Positions 26,442 through 39,815 of a stretch of DNA of 64,000 nucleotides are shown here, one piece after another. The notes below the pieces were generated by a model. That model did no database searches and was not told where the DNA came from. It saw only the letters and a program-made list of their open reading frames with translations. The position numbers and the translations under genes were made by a program. Origin of the DNA: Tubiluchus corallicola (taxonomy: Eukaryota; Animalia; Priapulida); the NCBI GenBank assembly GCA_030141605.1, contig JAQGDQ010000190.1, forward strand, positions 310,001 through 374,000, read 5' to 3'. Position 1 is the first letter of the stretch. Each line of letters starts with the position of its first letter.

Positions 26442-26850
26442 CAAGGCTAGATTATGTTATACTATAGATTATACATTTATAGGTTAATGTAGGCTGCAGT
26501 CTAGCCCACCCTCATCATTGGAGACCCTCAAGCTTTGGTGACATTTGATAAAAAATCTGTTTTTTCACCAAGGTTGTACTGAAATATGTGCTAGTTTGGT
26601 TTGCAATAAATAATAAAATAGTGGCATCTCTTAAAGAACATGTTTATTGACTAACAAAAGATAGCTATTCTAGTTTATTTAAAGGATTTGCAATAAGTTT
26701 ACTTCAAGCTATGTAAATGTTGCTAAAAAATGTAATGAGTAAAAATATTCAAGTTCAAGGCGGATGTGGGCGAGTTAGAGGTGGCTCCGTCTGAGTGTGA
26801 CCTATAATTTCATTAGCCTAGGGGCCCCAAAAAGACGTAATCCGGCCCTG
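26442..26850. mobile_element. hAT-type MITE, same family as 19055..19327
   Basis: TIRs CAAGGCTAGATT / AATCCGGCCCTG; TSD aacatact/aacacgct; shared internal blocks ccctcaagctttggt and aaaaaatctgttttt. Confidence 0.8.
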
Positions 26851-27029
26851 AACACGCTGTAGCTAATATTCTTTGTGCAGTGAGAGGCACGTTTAATTAC
26901 AAATTTTTTGTTTGTTGTGTATTTTAGAAGTTACCCCATGGAATACAGAGTAATCAAAGTAATGTAATTAGCCGTCTTGATAAGTGGCTGTGCAGAGTCT
27001 CTGTGGATAAGACAGAAAAGAGAAAGTCA

Positions 27030-27480
27030 TGCTACGTGGAGCAAATCGAAGATTGTTTGTACAGAAACATCGTAAATTTGAATAAGTCGATTTGGCCCGA
27101 AGGAAAGACGCTTGAGCTGCTTTTCAGTAAATGCTAGAAGCATGTACTGTTTGATTGCATCATTTTGTAGTGACCTTTCCAAAGGCAGCTCTGAATTGCT
27201 GTTACTTCTCATAATTTTATCCTCGATATTCCTAGCTGCAGAACAGGAAAACTTTATTTTTCTCTCGGGCATCTTATTTGTGAAGTCCGTTGTCAAAAAT
27301 TACTTTCTTGTTAATTACCCACGTCATTTACTTCAAGAAGAATGGTATCTATCACTACCAAAACGGTTAGAATTCTATTCTTCTTCAGTAATAATATCTT
27401 TTCTTATTGTAGCCTTTTGCCTTCTGTAGCCGCTGAAACTGCTATACTTCAATTTAGTTGGGTTTTGTTAACAACGTTTA
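27030..27480 (-). mobile_element. Possible decayed LINE ORF1 (SGNH esterase-like, CR1 type)
   Basis: Fragments LVVIDTILL (cf. LIVGDSIL) and FSCSAARNIEDK (cf. FSGARIEDM), interrupted by stops. Confidence 0.3.
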
Positions 27481-28254
27481 CAACTAGAATGGAAGCACTA
27501 ATGTGCTTGGGTCCGGCACATCCTCCTGCGTTTGCCGGACATCCGGGAAATCAGTATGTGTTATTGTGTAAAAATCACTTTATATTGTTTTCAATGAACC
27601 CGTTTATCAGGTCTGCGTTATTTTTTCTGTAACTACTTCGTATTGATTTTTTATACGTATTTATTCCGTAGGTGGATAACGCATAACGCACTCCTGATGT
27701 CTGGTAAACGCCGCTTAAGGCTTACATATAAACACGTTATTTGTGGAGTAGTAACAGCATATACTTCTATCTTATATATTAATTGTCTGCAGTGTTTTAG
27801 GAAATTGCATGAGATTATCAGGAGAAAGACTGGGATAGGGTCTTAAATACAACAACAAACATTCACGTTTATGCTGGGTTATAAAGTGGACAGAAATATA
27901 ACAAAATTATAACGCAGAAAAACACAGAAAAATTGAACCAAAAGCGTTACATAGAGACAGAAAAATCACTATAGCTTCAAACAAACTTCTTATTAGATTA
28001 CAGAGTTAACTATTTTAGAAATTAATTGCAATCTGAAAACTGATGCAGGTGGGGCGGAAAAAAGGGAACCAAACTGGCTCTGGGATTACTACGCCATGTT
28101 CTTAATAATACGGTAACTTACCATAATGCTCCTAAGAAAATATAACATATTAATTCTACTGTATTATCAATTAATAATGTAATTAAAAATACATCACGAG
28201 TATAGAATTTTCAGTTTTGCAAGGAGATGTTTACAATCTAATAATTATGTTATT

Positions 28255-28657
28255 GAAATTTATAAATACTTCAAAGTACCCCAGACTCAAGAATTCTGCA
28301 AATATATAGTAAATGTCCAAGACACAGCAGACTCAATAGAGCTCGCATTCTGTAATACACCGGCAATGAGCCAATGGAATGGAAAGAACCCAAAGAGACG
28401 TGCCGTGACAAGAGACGTGCCGTGACCGAGACCGATATGCCGTGACAAGACATAAAATTCATAAAATTCATGGTTTCCACCACAAAATCTGCTCTAACCA
28501 GTGTTTTGGCCCAAAACAAACGTATATATTAAATGTAAGCTTTGTAACCCAAAAGCAGACACCTTCTCTTGACATGTACAGCAAATAGCGTTTCTCTACA
28601 CCAGTGGACATGCAGCTAATTAATTCAAGGCCTGTTATCCTTGTCAATTAGAGTTAA
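28255..28657 (+). mobile_element. TTAA-ended DNA transposon 3' relic (piggyBac-like), copy 1
   Basis: Ends ...caattagag|TTAA; decayed His/Cys-rich peptide HKIHGFHHKICSNQCF..CKLC; homologous in inverted orientation to 39450..39815. Confidence 0.55.
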
Positions 28658-29225
28658 ACATTGTATGTAATGCATATTAATGTATATTATTCATTAAACT
28701 GTTAAACTAACTTATGTAGTTTGATGATGTGTGTGTTTTTAATTACCACACCTGGTGCAGTAAAATGAATTTCATTATAATTATTTTATTCATTACATTG
28801 CTGAACATTTACAAAATTGTTTCTCTAGCAACGCGCATGGAAGCTGTGCTAATATATAAATGTCATGTCAGTCTGTAAGTGTTACGTTACACTGGAAGCT
28901 GTGCAAATAATAAAAAAAGAAAAACGACGTACAGTGCACGCATGCAAACGTAAAAATGTAGCCTACAAATAACCATAATTATTAGGGCCATACAATTGAT
29001 TATATATTTTTTATTAGAAAATTTGCATTTTAGCCAAACTTTTAACCTGTACGTATGTAAGTGTCCTTAAACAATTCTTTTATGTTTTTTGTTTGCGCAT
29101 GCGTGGATATGCACACAAACAATTCCTATTAAATCCTAACTTGTTACAAACAACTGATTGGGCATTTTTAAAGAAAAACAGGGTGATTTTTTTCATATTC
29201 TACTCTATTTTGAAATAAGGTAAAA

Positions 29226-29545
29226 ATGACATCACAATTGAGCATAACTTTAGCATGTTGAACGTGTTTGCGAAAACGGAAATTGAAGTACAGTGCTTTT
29301 GTACAACAGTCAATGTGTTATATAAAAATTCGGCAAATTTTAGTTTAATTTCAAATTTACCACAGAGTTCACTCATTAGCTTTCGAATGTGTGCGCTACG
29401 TCACAACTAAACACCACTGAACTGAAAAATACAGTACCTGTTTTTGTGCAACGTGTTTCCGAGATGCAGGCGCTAGTGCCCATCTAACCACTGAATGGCG
29501 AAATGCATGTAACAGCGAAGAACTAGTAGCGCGAACGCGAAATTA
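29226..29545 (+). repeat. Dispersed ~320-bp repeat, copy 1 (unclassified)
   Basis: Blocks atgacatcacaa, gtgtttgc..aattgaagt.cagtgct, gcgctagtgccc.tctaac, tggcgaaatgca.gtaacagcgaaga.ctagtag recur inverted at 49585..49915. Confidence 0.75.
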
Positions 29546-30463
29546 CCATTCTATGGTAATAATTCTTTCACGTAAAATGAAGAATCATCATCATCATTTC
29601 CCAGAAATCATTCTTGAAAAAATATGTCCCTTTTCAATATTTTATAGGACAGATCGTTTTGAGCTATAGTTTAAGATTGTTATAGATAGTTTAAATTCCT
29701 TTAACATGTTTTCTCTAATTGTACGAGATTTGTACGTAGTCATATGTACAAATATCATGTATATATCAAGTGCAAATGATGATGTAATCCAAAGGTTCCT
29801 GTTTCATATCCAGATTCCGACTGTGTCACATTATCTTTTTTCGGTCGAGTTTGCTTCAACAATTATTGAACATTAATTGTAATGAAAAATGATGATTATT
29901 GCTCTTATTTTTTATTCTTGTTTGTATTACCAACAGCAAAGAACGGTTTCTCATCCGGAAACCACTAGAAATTATACTGAAACAGCTTTTTAACTATACT
30001 TCACCGTTATACGTAAACGTAAATAATGGGGTCTAGTTGTAGTACGAAATTTTGATGTTTTAAATAATTAATGCCATTTTGAAGTATGCACTGTCCCGAA
30101 GCTACTATAATCAGCGACTACTTCTCGACTAGATGGAATTGCATGCAGACATGGTGAGATTGCTACTACAATTATGCTGATGCAAGTTTAGGTTCGACGA
30201 TATGCTTGACCGATTTTAAAAAGCTTGTGCGAAAGGAACTTGCGCTTTTAAGCTAAGACAAGTTCTAAGTGGATTGCCTCCAAGGATATAAAATCTTTTT
30301 GTGAAATCCAAAGCCGGGTTCGCCTTCTACTTCTAGGAGGGGAAGGTAAGGCCAAAAATAGATGCATAAAGCATATTTAAGTGCTTAAATTGAATTTTGT
30401 TTATTCTAACATACAGTTTTTCTTTCATACGGCGTACCTACTTTCTGACGAATTTATGGAAGG

Positions 30464-30558
30464 AGTTTACATTTCCACACACAATTTAAGTACCCTAACC
30501 CTAACCCTACCCTATCCACTTCACGAACAAATTTCTTGTGTGTGGGGAATTGTAAACT
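30464..30558. mobile_element. Short inverted-repeat element containing telomere-type CCCTAA repeats
   Basis: Arms agtttacatttccacacaca / tgtgtgtggggaattgtaaact enclose ccctaaccctaaccctacccta. Confidence 0.6.
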
Positions 30559-33076
30559 TTAGACGAATTTATTTATTGCAGTATGATAATTTCACCAAGA
30601 CAAGGTGCTTGGGACTACCTAAGTAATGAGTATTTTTTCGCATAAAATAATCGAATAAAAGTCATAATTATGAGCATATTGCGAGTTCCAATCGAGAAAT
30701 TTACAGAACCGTCAGCAACTGTTGGTAACAGACCGCCGTGTTAGGTAACCCTTTCCAGCTTGTAACATCTCTGTCGTTTCCCGAGGTTGGTGAAATATGG
30801 CTTCAAACCAATACCATGTGAGCCTTCTCTGGAACTGACAAGTGAACGCGTTAGACCCGTTAGTCCATGTTCAAGGATCTGCACCATAGCTTTGTAATTT
30901 ACTGAATGCAAGAATCACTGCATGCCCGCCTATGGATAATATGCAGTTATATACGCCTAATGAGGAAGTTAGATTTAGCTTAGATTAGGTTAATTTTTGT
31001 GAAAGCAGCTCTGAGAATTGTGAGTGCTCAATTAATCCACTAATATGCACTTTGCGTGACCAAATAAATCTATGATGTATCATATATTTCTGCACTGCAG
31101 GCCAAATCGGAGAGTTTTAGCTGAGCTGGGATTTGCCGGTATGAAAATATACAGGAAAGAAAAACCCGAGTATAATTAGTTTATAATTGTGCCACTTTTC
31201 ATTCAGAACTCTGTAGCATTCCAAAACACATTGAAGATTGTGCTATTTTAGTAAAACAAAAGTTGCTTTGTCGCTAGAGTTATGAGACACATTATGAGTT
31301 TTATCGCTCATTAAAAGCCACTAACATATTAATTAAGAACCGCGGTAAAGTGAGTTGGTAGTAATAAAACAATTATGCTACACAGCGCTACACTGGTTAA
31401 AAAGTTACAAAGATACGCGTTCATATAAAAGAAATCAAGAGAATTCAAATGTTACACGGAAAGTTGTAAAGGTAGTTTCATACTGATTCATAAGTTTTTT
31501 TCATAATTTCTATTTCTTTACAGGACATCTTGATTCTTAAAAACTTTTCGTTGTTACAGTTAATTGAGAGATCTATCCTACACCTTTGCTTTGTAAGCCA
31601 ATACTTCGAAACCTTGATTTCAGCCTGGATCTGTCAGCAGAAAATTACACGAAACAAAAGCATCGATATTTTCATACAGTGCGCACAAACGCGTATTGAG
31701 CTACAGGTGTAGTCATTGGTAGCTAAGTATTGAACATTAATCAGTGGCTCGTGGAAAAAGCTTTATTAAAGAGAAAATTTTTTATTTGAAATGTATTAAA
31801 ATATTATAGCCTTCTATTATCCTTCAGTGTGTTTTCTGGTATAAAATTTTCCTATTTTGCAGTATGAACAGTTGCGCGATATGTGACCTATGAGCAATTA
31901 CTCGAAATAACTTTTTGCAAACACTACAACTGTAGCATAATACAAACTACTGTAGCTGTAAAATGTATATTTTACTTTCCCGTAGTATGTTTTTTTAAGT
32001 TATTAATAACAAGCCAGGAATATGATTTCATGTACGAGTTAATACAAGTTAATAACAACATACAACGTAATTATTAGTCTATACAGCACAAAAGCCACTC
32101 ACTGCAATATAATTATGCAGTATAATTTATTGACACACAAACAGTTGTCGCACGCTGCATACAAAAAAAAACAATCGACTTTCAGTCGTGCTGATAAATG
32201 TTTTCGCAGCTGGCCTATCCACGTTTTTTAATATTTTAAAATTTTCTGACAAAACACAAGGTACTAGCAAAGCTACAATACATCATTAATGCTACGCAAG
32301 TCTCTTCGCCTGCAACCAAAACTCAGCCTATCGTAATAATATAAAAAGTTGGCCGTTAGAATCAGAAAAATCTTGATGTTATTCTTGCACCCCTTTGCCT
32401 AATGGTTACGTCCGCGTAGCGTGAAGCCTCGGATTTATCGTCTTTGCGGTGGCAGAGTATTTCGTGAATGAAATGACTGAAGCCTAGGTTCTGTCTGCTG
32501 TGTCCTGCTGTGTTATGCTTTAGTTACTGTTGTACCTGTTGAGTTGAATGAGTTGTTACAAGTAATTGAGAGGCGAATGAGACTTAATGGCTTTTCGTTT
32601 TAACGCACGCTGTGGAGTATTGACACAGTAAAATGACAAACAAGGTTAGGTAATTTGAATGTGATTTTAATAGATTTGGCATCCGCTATTGAAAATATCA
32701 ATAAAACGCAGACTGTAGGCGGATAAATGGATGAATTAATGAAAAACCCTGAAATAATTTTAAAAAAATCCCATGTTTCTTACGTTCACACTGAAGAAGC
32801 AACCGGTAATCGAAATATTTGTATTGATTTCAAAATAAAAGCAGGATCTTTCATTAATTCATCCACATACCCGTCTACAATCTGTGTTTTACTGATATTT
32901 GAATGCGATTTCTATAGACTGTTAAACGTGAAGCTATAACAGCAGGCTGCCAACGATGATTTGTAATTGTTTATCTGTAGTAATTTGTTAAATGCTGTAT
33001 TATCGCCATTATAATTATAGTTATATTATATAAACGTTCCTCTTTGTAGGTTTAAATTTAACAAACTGTTTAAAAA

Positions 33077-33298
33077 CATTAATTAATTATGAGTTTTTAT
33101 AAACCATTGCAGTTTATTTTACCAACTATTACTGATTATTACTGTAATTTTTGTGGATGTGATTTGTGGCTGCCAGAGTTTTTATAAACTATTGCGGTTC
33201 TTTTTACCAATTATTACTAATTATTACTGTAATAATTGGTAAAATAAACACCAATGGTTTATAAAAACTCTTGTAATCGCATGCATAATTAATTAATG
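33077..33298. repeat. Foldback / inverted repeat with internal direct duplication
   Basis: cattaattaattatg-agtttttataaaccattg..ttttaccaa is mirrored by ttggtaaaataaac..caatggtttataaaaactc..cataattaattaatg; the left arm is also repeated directly at ~33176. Confidence 0.75.
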
Positions 33299-35929
33299 AT
33301 ATCGTTAGTTGCCAGTTAAACCAACCAGCGGAAAATTTCAATCGTGTAGCATTCAACGAATCAAACGTACACAGAGATTGTAGTATTGTTCATTACTAAT
33401 ACCAAATAACTTTCGATCAGACAGGCGCCTGCTACGGGCAATGCATACATAACATTTATAACTTGGTCGACAGAAAGAATTACCCGCAGTTACAAAACGT
33501 GTAGTCCACTAAATTTCAAGGCAAATCGTTGGACAAAATTTTACTGTTGATATCATTACTATCATCAATATTATTATCATTATTATCATCTCTGTATTAG
33601 TCGAAATTATCATCTTTACTTTGACATAGTGTTTGAACTTAGAGGGTGTATTTGTATAATTTTTTATTTACACAAAACAGGTAAACTTAAGAGAGTCTAT
33701 TTACACATGGTATATAAAATTTCCATTAAAATAAGGAAATAAATTATGGTTTGAAATTCCTGGGGTGTGTAATAATGTTTGTCCAATTTCTATGCTTAAT
33801 TTACTCTACATTTTTGAGGCTTTTAATTGACACCATAAGGCTCGTGCTGTGGGTAATTGTCATTTGGTCGATAATGGTAAGTTGTTTCCACCAAATATTT
33901 TTGTAATGGTTAGACTGCATGAAGAATGTATGAAGAATAGTACCAAGTAAACCGAAGTAAGTTAGATGTACCTAGTTCCGCTCACTGTTATTGTCAATAT
34001 CGCTTTAGAGTTTCGATTGTTGTACAAGTGCTGAAAAACTTGTTTTGGTACAGTTGGACCAAACGTCCCATACTCTCTTGTGCAAGCCTTATCTAGGCTC
34101 TCGTAAAAGCTACATAATTTTTGTGATAAAATTACTAATATTATTTTTGCTAATATCATAATTACACTTAATAATGTTGATACCAAATTGACTTGATGAT
34201 GATCATAATCATTACCGCTGCTATCATCACCATTATTTCTAAGCTGGTGGTTTTTCAAAGTGAGTGCAATTATACCACATTCTTTTTTCAAAGTAATTCT
34301 ATAAGACTGGCGTGCAAAATGCTTTTTAACTTTAAGTGCAGTAAAACCCGTCAGTATTTTATTTCTTCTGTTGTGTTTATTTGGTATTATCGTTGTTGGT
34401 ACTATCCCCACTGCCATCGTTATCAACAAGAGAGATAGAAACAGAGAGACAAAGGAAAGGGAGGGAAGGAGAGAGAGAGAGAGATGCGCTTACCTGGCCT
34501 GAGCTCACTTTTTACAATAGTAGAATGAGAGCTTAGCCCTATATTACACTTTCTCAGTTTCCCAGAATACAAATTAGAGATCTCTTAGTTTGGAACTGAC
34601 GTGTCAGAAACCGTTTCTTAGAAAAACGCTACTCTTTTATAGTTTAGCTAACACGAAGGTGCTTTGGTCAGTTAGTGTGGCTATTGCTTCACTCTAAGAA
34701 GCCTAAATTCAGAGAGTTGTAGACCGACGTATTTTCTCATTCTCCCGAGGACTTTCTGCGGATAGCCCAGGAGAAGTTTTTTTCACTGATTGAATTACCA
34801 AACACACAATTGTATAACTATAATAATTGTGCAATGCTCGTAAAATGGTTGGCATGCAAATCTTTCAGCATTATTTTTGTATGGCAGCAATCTATGACAG
34901 TAGTAATAGTAGTAATTTTATTGACTGGTGACAGTCCTTTCAAAACAGTTTACAATTATTTTCAAGAATTGCAAGTTAGGCTAGTTATAACAAAAATATG
35001 ATCATTTGAAAATATTAAAACACTCATAAGCAAAATGCAGCAGATTATGTTGGTCCATATTGTTATATAATGACTGTATATTAGTAAGGTCCAAATTGCT
35101 ATAACGTTCCTTAAAATGTTCACTTTTCACACAGTGACGCAGTATGTGTCCTTCATCCTGCGCGTCCCTTCTGCAAATACAGATACATTGTTATTCTCTA
35201 CGCAAAAATTACACGCATTTTACAGGCCTATGTCAGGCTTTACTAGCTAGTACTACATCTGGGGAAATTAATATTGCCTCTCATACAAGAGCATAAATCA
35301 TCCATATAAATGAACGGCGCACGTGTATTAGAAAGGTTACTTGGTAATTCAGCGGGGAAAATGATTAAAGAGGAAACCCGATTGGCTAAAGTAAATATTG
35401 CGTGCTCGTTTCTGACGTCAGCACATCAGTGAAATTGCCCTGCCTAAGTAGCTTATAACGCTATGCTTTCATTTTGTGCGATTTGTGATAATATGTTTGC
35501 CTTACAAGACAATTTTGCCTCTAGATTATCTTTACATTAATAGCAAGGCTATGAAAGGATCGTTAATTTCAGAATTGTATACATGGCAGTTTGAGACTCG
35601 CTCAACTGCTGCTAAATTCAAGTCATTAGGATGTCTCAAAATGCATGCGGAATTCTGCCGCTGCTTACATTTCTTTAGTTAAGTTTATTCTATAAAATTT
35701 TAGCAGAGCTGGAATAATACACAATTTAAAACAAGACTGACGAAATTATTCTAAAAACAGTTAATACAGCTTCTAAAATCGGTAAAACACAAATTAAAAA
35801 TGTTAAACATGCAATTTAAATATTATTAAACAGAAATTGAGTAGAGATCTGAACAAAATTTGCAAAAGAAGAGTCAGTGTTAGTTAAATAGGAAACAAAA
35901 CTTTTCTATATCTTTCAATTTTGATTACA

Positions 35930-36420
35930 GGTAGTTTAAACTTGGTGGAGTTTCTGGTGTTGTAATGTTTAGTCTGTGGAGGGGGAAATAAATGGTTTAG
36001 GTTGTGAGAATCTTTCTGTACGTCAAAAAATAGTTTTGCGCAGCTTTCTCACATCTCTCTGCTAGAGCTTCTAATTTGAAGTAGCCGAGAGCTTCTTTAT
36101 AAGTTAAATTACCATTAATAATTAATAGAGCGCGATGCTGCACCTTTTCTATACCTTTAGTCTCCCACTATAAGTTTACAATGGAAAATCTGGCAGGCGT
36201 ATGCCTCAACTGATCTAACTACAGCTTTGTAATATAGAATTAAACTGTTATCAGAGGCACCACATCGTTTGAGAAGTTTGAGAAAATACAATCTTGTGCT
36301 GGCTTTACGACATATCGCATGAAGACACCAAGTTAAATCATTAGAGATGGTCATTCCAAGTATTGTGTCCTAATTATTGTAATTTACCGATATATCTGTC
36401 TTTTCACACTTACTTAAATC
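35930..36420 (-). mobile_element. LINE (CR1/L2/Rex1 group) RT C-terminal fragment
   Basis: LGMTISNDLTW...KASTRLYFLKLLKRCG...YKAVVRSV, then frameshifted IEKVQHRAL..TYKEAL. Confidence 0.8.
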
Positions 36421-39400
36421 CATACGAATTTCATCCATAAGACGTTCTGTACAAAATTTAATCTCTCTTGAAATAACTAATAGGTACACTTATAATATTT
36501 CGCTGAAAATATAAAAACAATATTTCTTCTAGCACGCAAACATATTGTTACAGCGGCGAAGTGTACTACTAGCAGGTTTTAATGCGTCATGCTTTTAAGT
36601 TTAGAACTGACTTAAAAGCATGTTCACGCAAATAACATTATGTGTGAAATGTCGACTATGCTTGCTAAAAGCTTTTGTCTAAAATGTGAGTTTGAATTTT
36701 GTGCAATGGCTGTCAAACACTTCATCTTCTGGGTTTTTAGTAAGACACGCATTTCGCGAACTAATCAAATGGCAGGCGAAACGAGATACAAGCGAATTTA
36801 TGTAAAACATCAAAGTCATTCAGAGGAAATATATAACAAAAATACTTACATTGAGGGCACCATTTATTTACCAGCAGAATTTCTAGCTTTAATGGCAGAT
36901 AGATTATGCATTAATGACTTACCTGCATATTTGTAATTGGTGTTTTAGCGCAGTTCAGTTCAGAATGATTTAGTTGGTATTGTTGCAATATTAGTAGCCG
37001 CTGTGGCGTGAGCAACAATGCATATGAGCCAAATGTAACTGGTTAAAAATTCTAAATGTGATTTTATTTTATTTATTTATTAAAATATCTAACACAATAA
37101 CATTTAAATGCATAAAACAATATAAAATGTACAATAACAAACAAAACAGGTTAAACGGATACCGGAGAGACACAAAGAGTAAAATCTCTACTTAGTACTT
37201 ACATATGTCTGTAGAAATACAAATGTTTTGAAAAGTCATTAATCTTTGAGTAAATAATTTATTGGAGGCCACATTTACCAGCGGAGACCCATTTGCATTA
37301 TTTATTGAAAGAATCTTTTCCAGAAATAGGCATAGTCGTTGTGGCGAAAATTAGTGTAAAATTCGAAGCATATCACAAACCGAATTAAGTGCCCGATGTC
37401 AGAAGAGAACACAGTGGTGAGGGATGGACGCAGTTTCAGGCATCTTGAAGATCAATGTTTGACCGTTTGAATGTCGGTTACATTTTTTCTCTTGCAAAAC
37501 TTTCAAAATTTTAGTTTGGAAAAGTAACATCTATTTGCGTCGCAGTTTGTGATAAATATTGCCTGAATCAATCTAAACTAGATGTGCTGATGTCGAGTGG
37601 CATGTCCCAGCCTTTCGATTCGTTTTCGTGGTTAAACGCTTGAGTACCGCAGTGACACATTGCTGAGTCTAGCCGACATTTACCGCTGAAATTTCAGCGA
37701 ACTTCAGAAACTCATTAGTTCATATGACTAGCTATTATTTTTGTAGACCTACCTGATGTCATAGTCTGCCATAAATGCAAGTGCTATGAAAATGTCATGA
37801 TATAAGTCGTAAAATGTTGTCTCAACGGACTGATTTGTTCTAAGAACAAAAGGCAATAAGGATATTTGTACAAAATGAATGAGCAAACAGCATCTCTCCA
37901 CGGTACAGAAACATAAACGCAACGTTTCTTTGATTTCAATATGAATACATTACAGGGAGTCAGGCTTTGTATACATTTCAAATGCACGTATAAATCAGTA
38001 ACCTTGAGACTGAGTTCAAAATTGTTGTTTGTAATTTTTAGTTTTCAGAGAAACCATGCAGTATGTGATCACAGTTACTAAAAGAACTACGAGAGGTGAG
38101 GAAAGTTGTGGTATTAATATGAAATTCCATACAAACTAATCACAAAATGTTTTATAATGTTTCTATAGCAGCTGTAGCAGTATTGGTAGCTGGATGACAC
38201 AAGATGTACAGTCATTGTGGGTAGGAAGAAAAACTGGGGCTGAACGATGAGTATGCATTTTTCATTGATTGACTGGAGTCGATGTGTCAGCTATGTAGGT
38301 GTACTACATATAGGAGAAGTTGTTGGCGGCGTTAGAGAAAGTATTTTTCGGCATCGTCTTTGAAATTTTCAGTGTTTTTTGTATTAGAAGCGGGCCGAGT
38401 AGCAGACTTAGACTTTGTAGGTCTAGCCTAGATACACAAAATGCGATAGATCCAAATAGGAATTTAAATAAGCTGTTCTTAATTTTGTTGCCTAAAGATA
38501 TCTATCATTTGATATTAGTTGCGTAAATTGCTTGTACATTTTCTAGTTTAACGAGTTTAGAAACGAATAAAGTATAATAATAAAAAAAAAACTGTAGACA
38601 TGAATGGATAGTGGCTGAAGCCTTGCTATAAATCTCAATGTGGCAGTTCATATCTTCGCATACAGAGGCTCTCATTTCCACATTCCATATTCCAGAGAAA
38701 AGTGTAAATATTACAGAAGCAGCGATAAATTTATTTTTTCCAAAAAAGAGTGTCGGTTAACTTCTGCAGCTGCTAATTTGCAATGCGAATCTTTTTTTGC
38801 TAACAACTGTACTTAGCAACTAGTTAACAGTACATAGACTTGCCTTCCCTTGTTCTAGGAGTATTTTGGAGCATACATATCTGTTTTTGTGACTTGGACC
38901 AAATTAGCATTTCGCATTCAACACCCATTGGATGTAGCAACTTCCAACGCACTATTAGCCAATAATGTAGAAATATTCCACGAAGTGTTTTCTTTCAGCT
39001 ATACAATGTTATCACTTGAAGTCCCAGCAGGAGGACACAGTCCAGTTTTGTAACACGGAGTGAGATTCACTGCTAAATAATTCAATTAAACCTTCCTTGC
39101 TAAGGCTTTAAAGCTAGATATAAAAGCTTTATTAGATTGGCTGTCCCAGTGGATATTGCTTTAAGCGAGTTAACATGATACAGTGAACAACTCATCACGT
39201 TTTCTTCACGTATTTGGAGAATTCGGTTTTATCTGCCGCGCTGTGTCATTTATTGTTTTGTAATTCCTAAATCTTGGTCATAAATTCCTGAAGCTTTGCT
39301 AAGACATCCATATGCAGAAAAAACAAATATCAAAAATCATAGATATTCAAAGAATATTTATTATACCAGGTAAAACGCACTCATCATAAAACTACAAAGA

Positions 39401-39449
39401 TTAGTCTAAAATAGTTTAACGAGTATATATATACATTGAAAGAGAATCT

Positions 39450-39815
39450 TTAACTCTAATTGGCAAGAATAACAGGCCTTAAATTAATTAGTTGAGTGTC
39501 CACTGGTATAGCGAAATAGTATTTGCTGTACATGCAAAGAGATGGTTATCTACCAGCTTTTGGGTTACAAAGCTTACATACACAAGTTTGTTGTGGATCA
39601 AAGCACTGACTGGAGCAGATTTTTCGGTGGAACCCATGAATTGCATGTCTTGTCAGGGCATGTCGGCTCTACCTCTTGGATTCTTTCCATTTACTTTGAG
39701 TCACTGCCTGTGTTTTGTAGAAAGTTAGTTCTATTGAGTCTATGTTGTCTTGGACATTTTCTAAATGTTTGTAGGATTATCGAGTTCGGGTACTTTGAAG
39801 TATTTATGAATTTCA
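39450..39815 (-). mobile_element. TTAA-ended DNA transposon 3' relic (piggyBac-like), copy 2
   Basis: TTAA|ctctaattggcaag...; minus strand HAIHGFHRKICSSQCFDPQQTCVCKLC; aligns by eye with copy 1. Confidence 0.55.

Noticed and set aside
30493-30514. Functional link between the telomeric repeats and the neighbouring TTI1 (TELO2 partner)
   Set aside because: Only ~3 units inside a small repeat element; the proximity is best treated as coincidence.
33962-34438. 155-aa and 81-aa overlapping ORFs
   Set aside because: Low-complexity ATT/ATC-rich sequence with no recognisable domain and non-ATG starts in the track.
38640-39330. Possible decayed transposase on the minus strand
   Set aside because: Coding-like texture but many stops and no motif I could assign.
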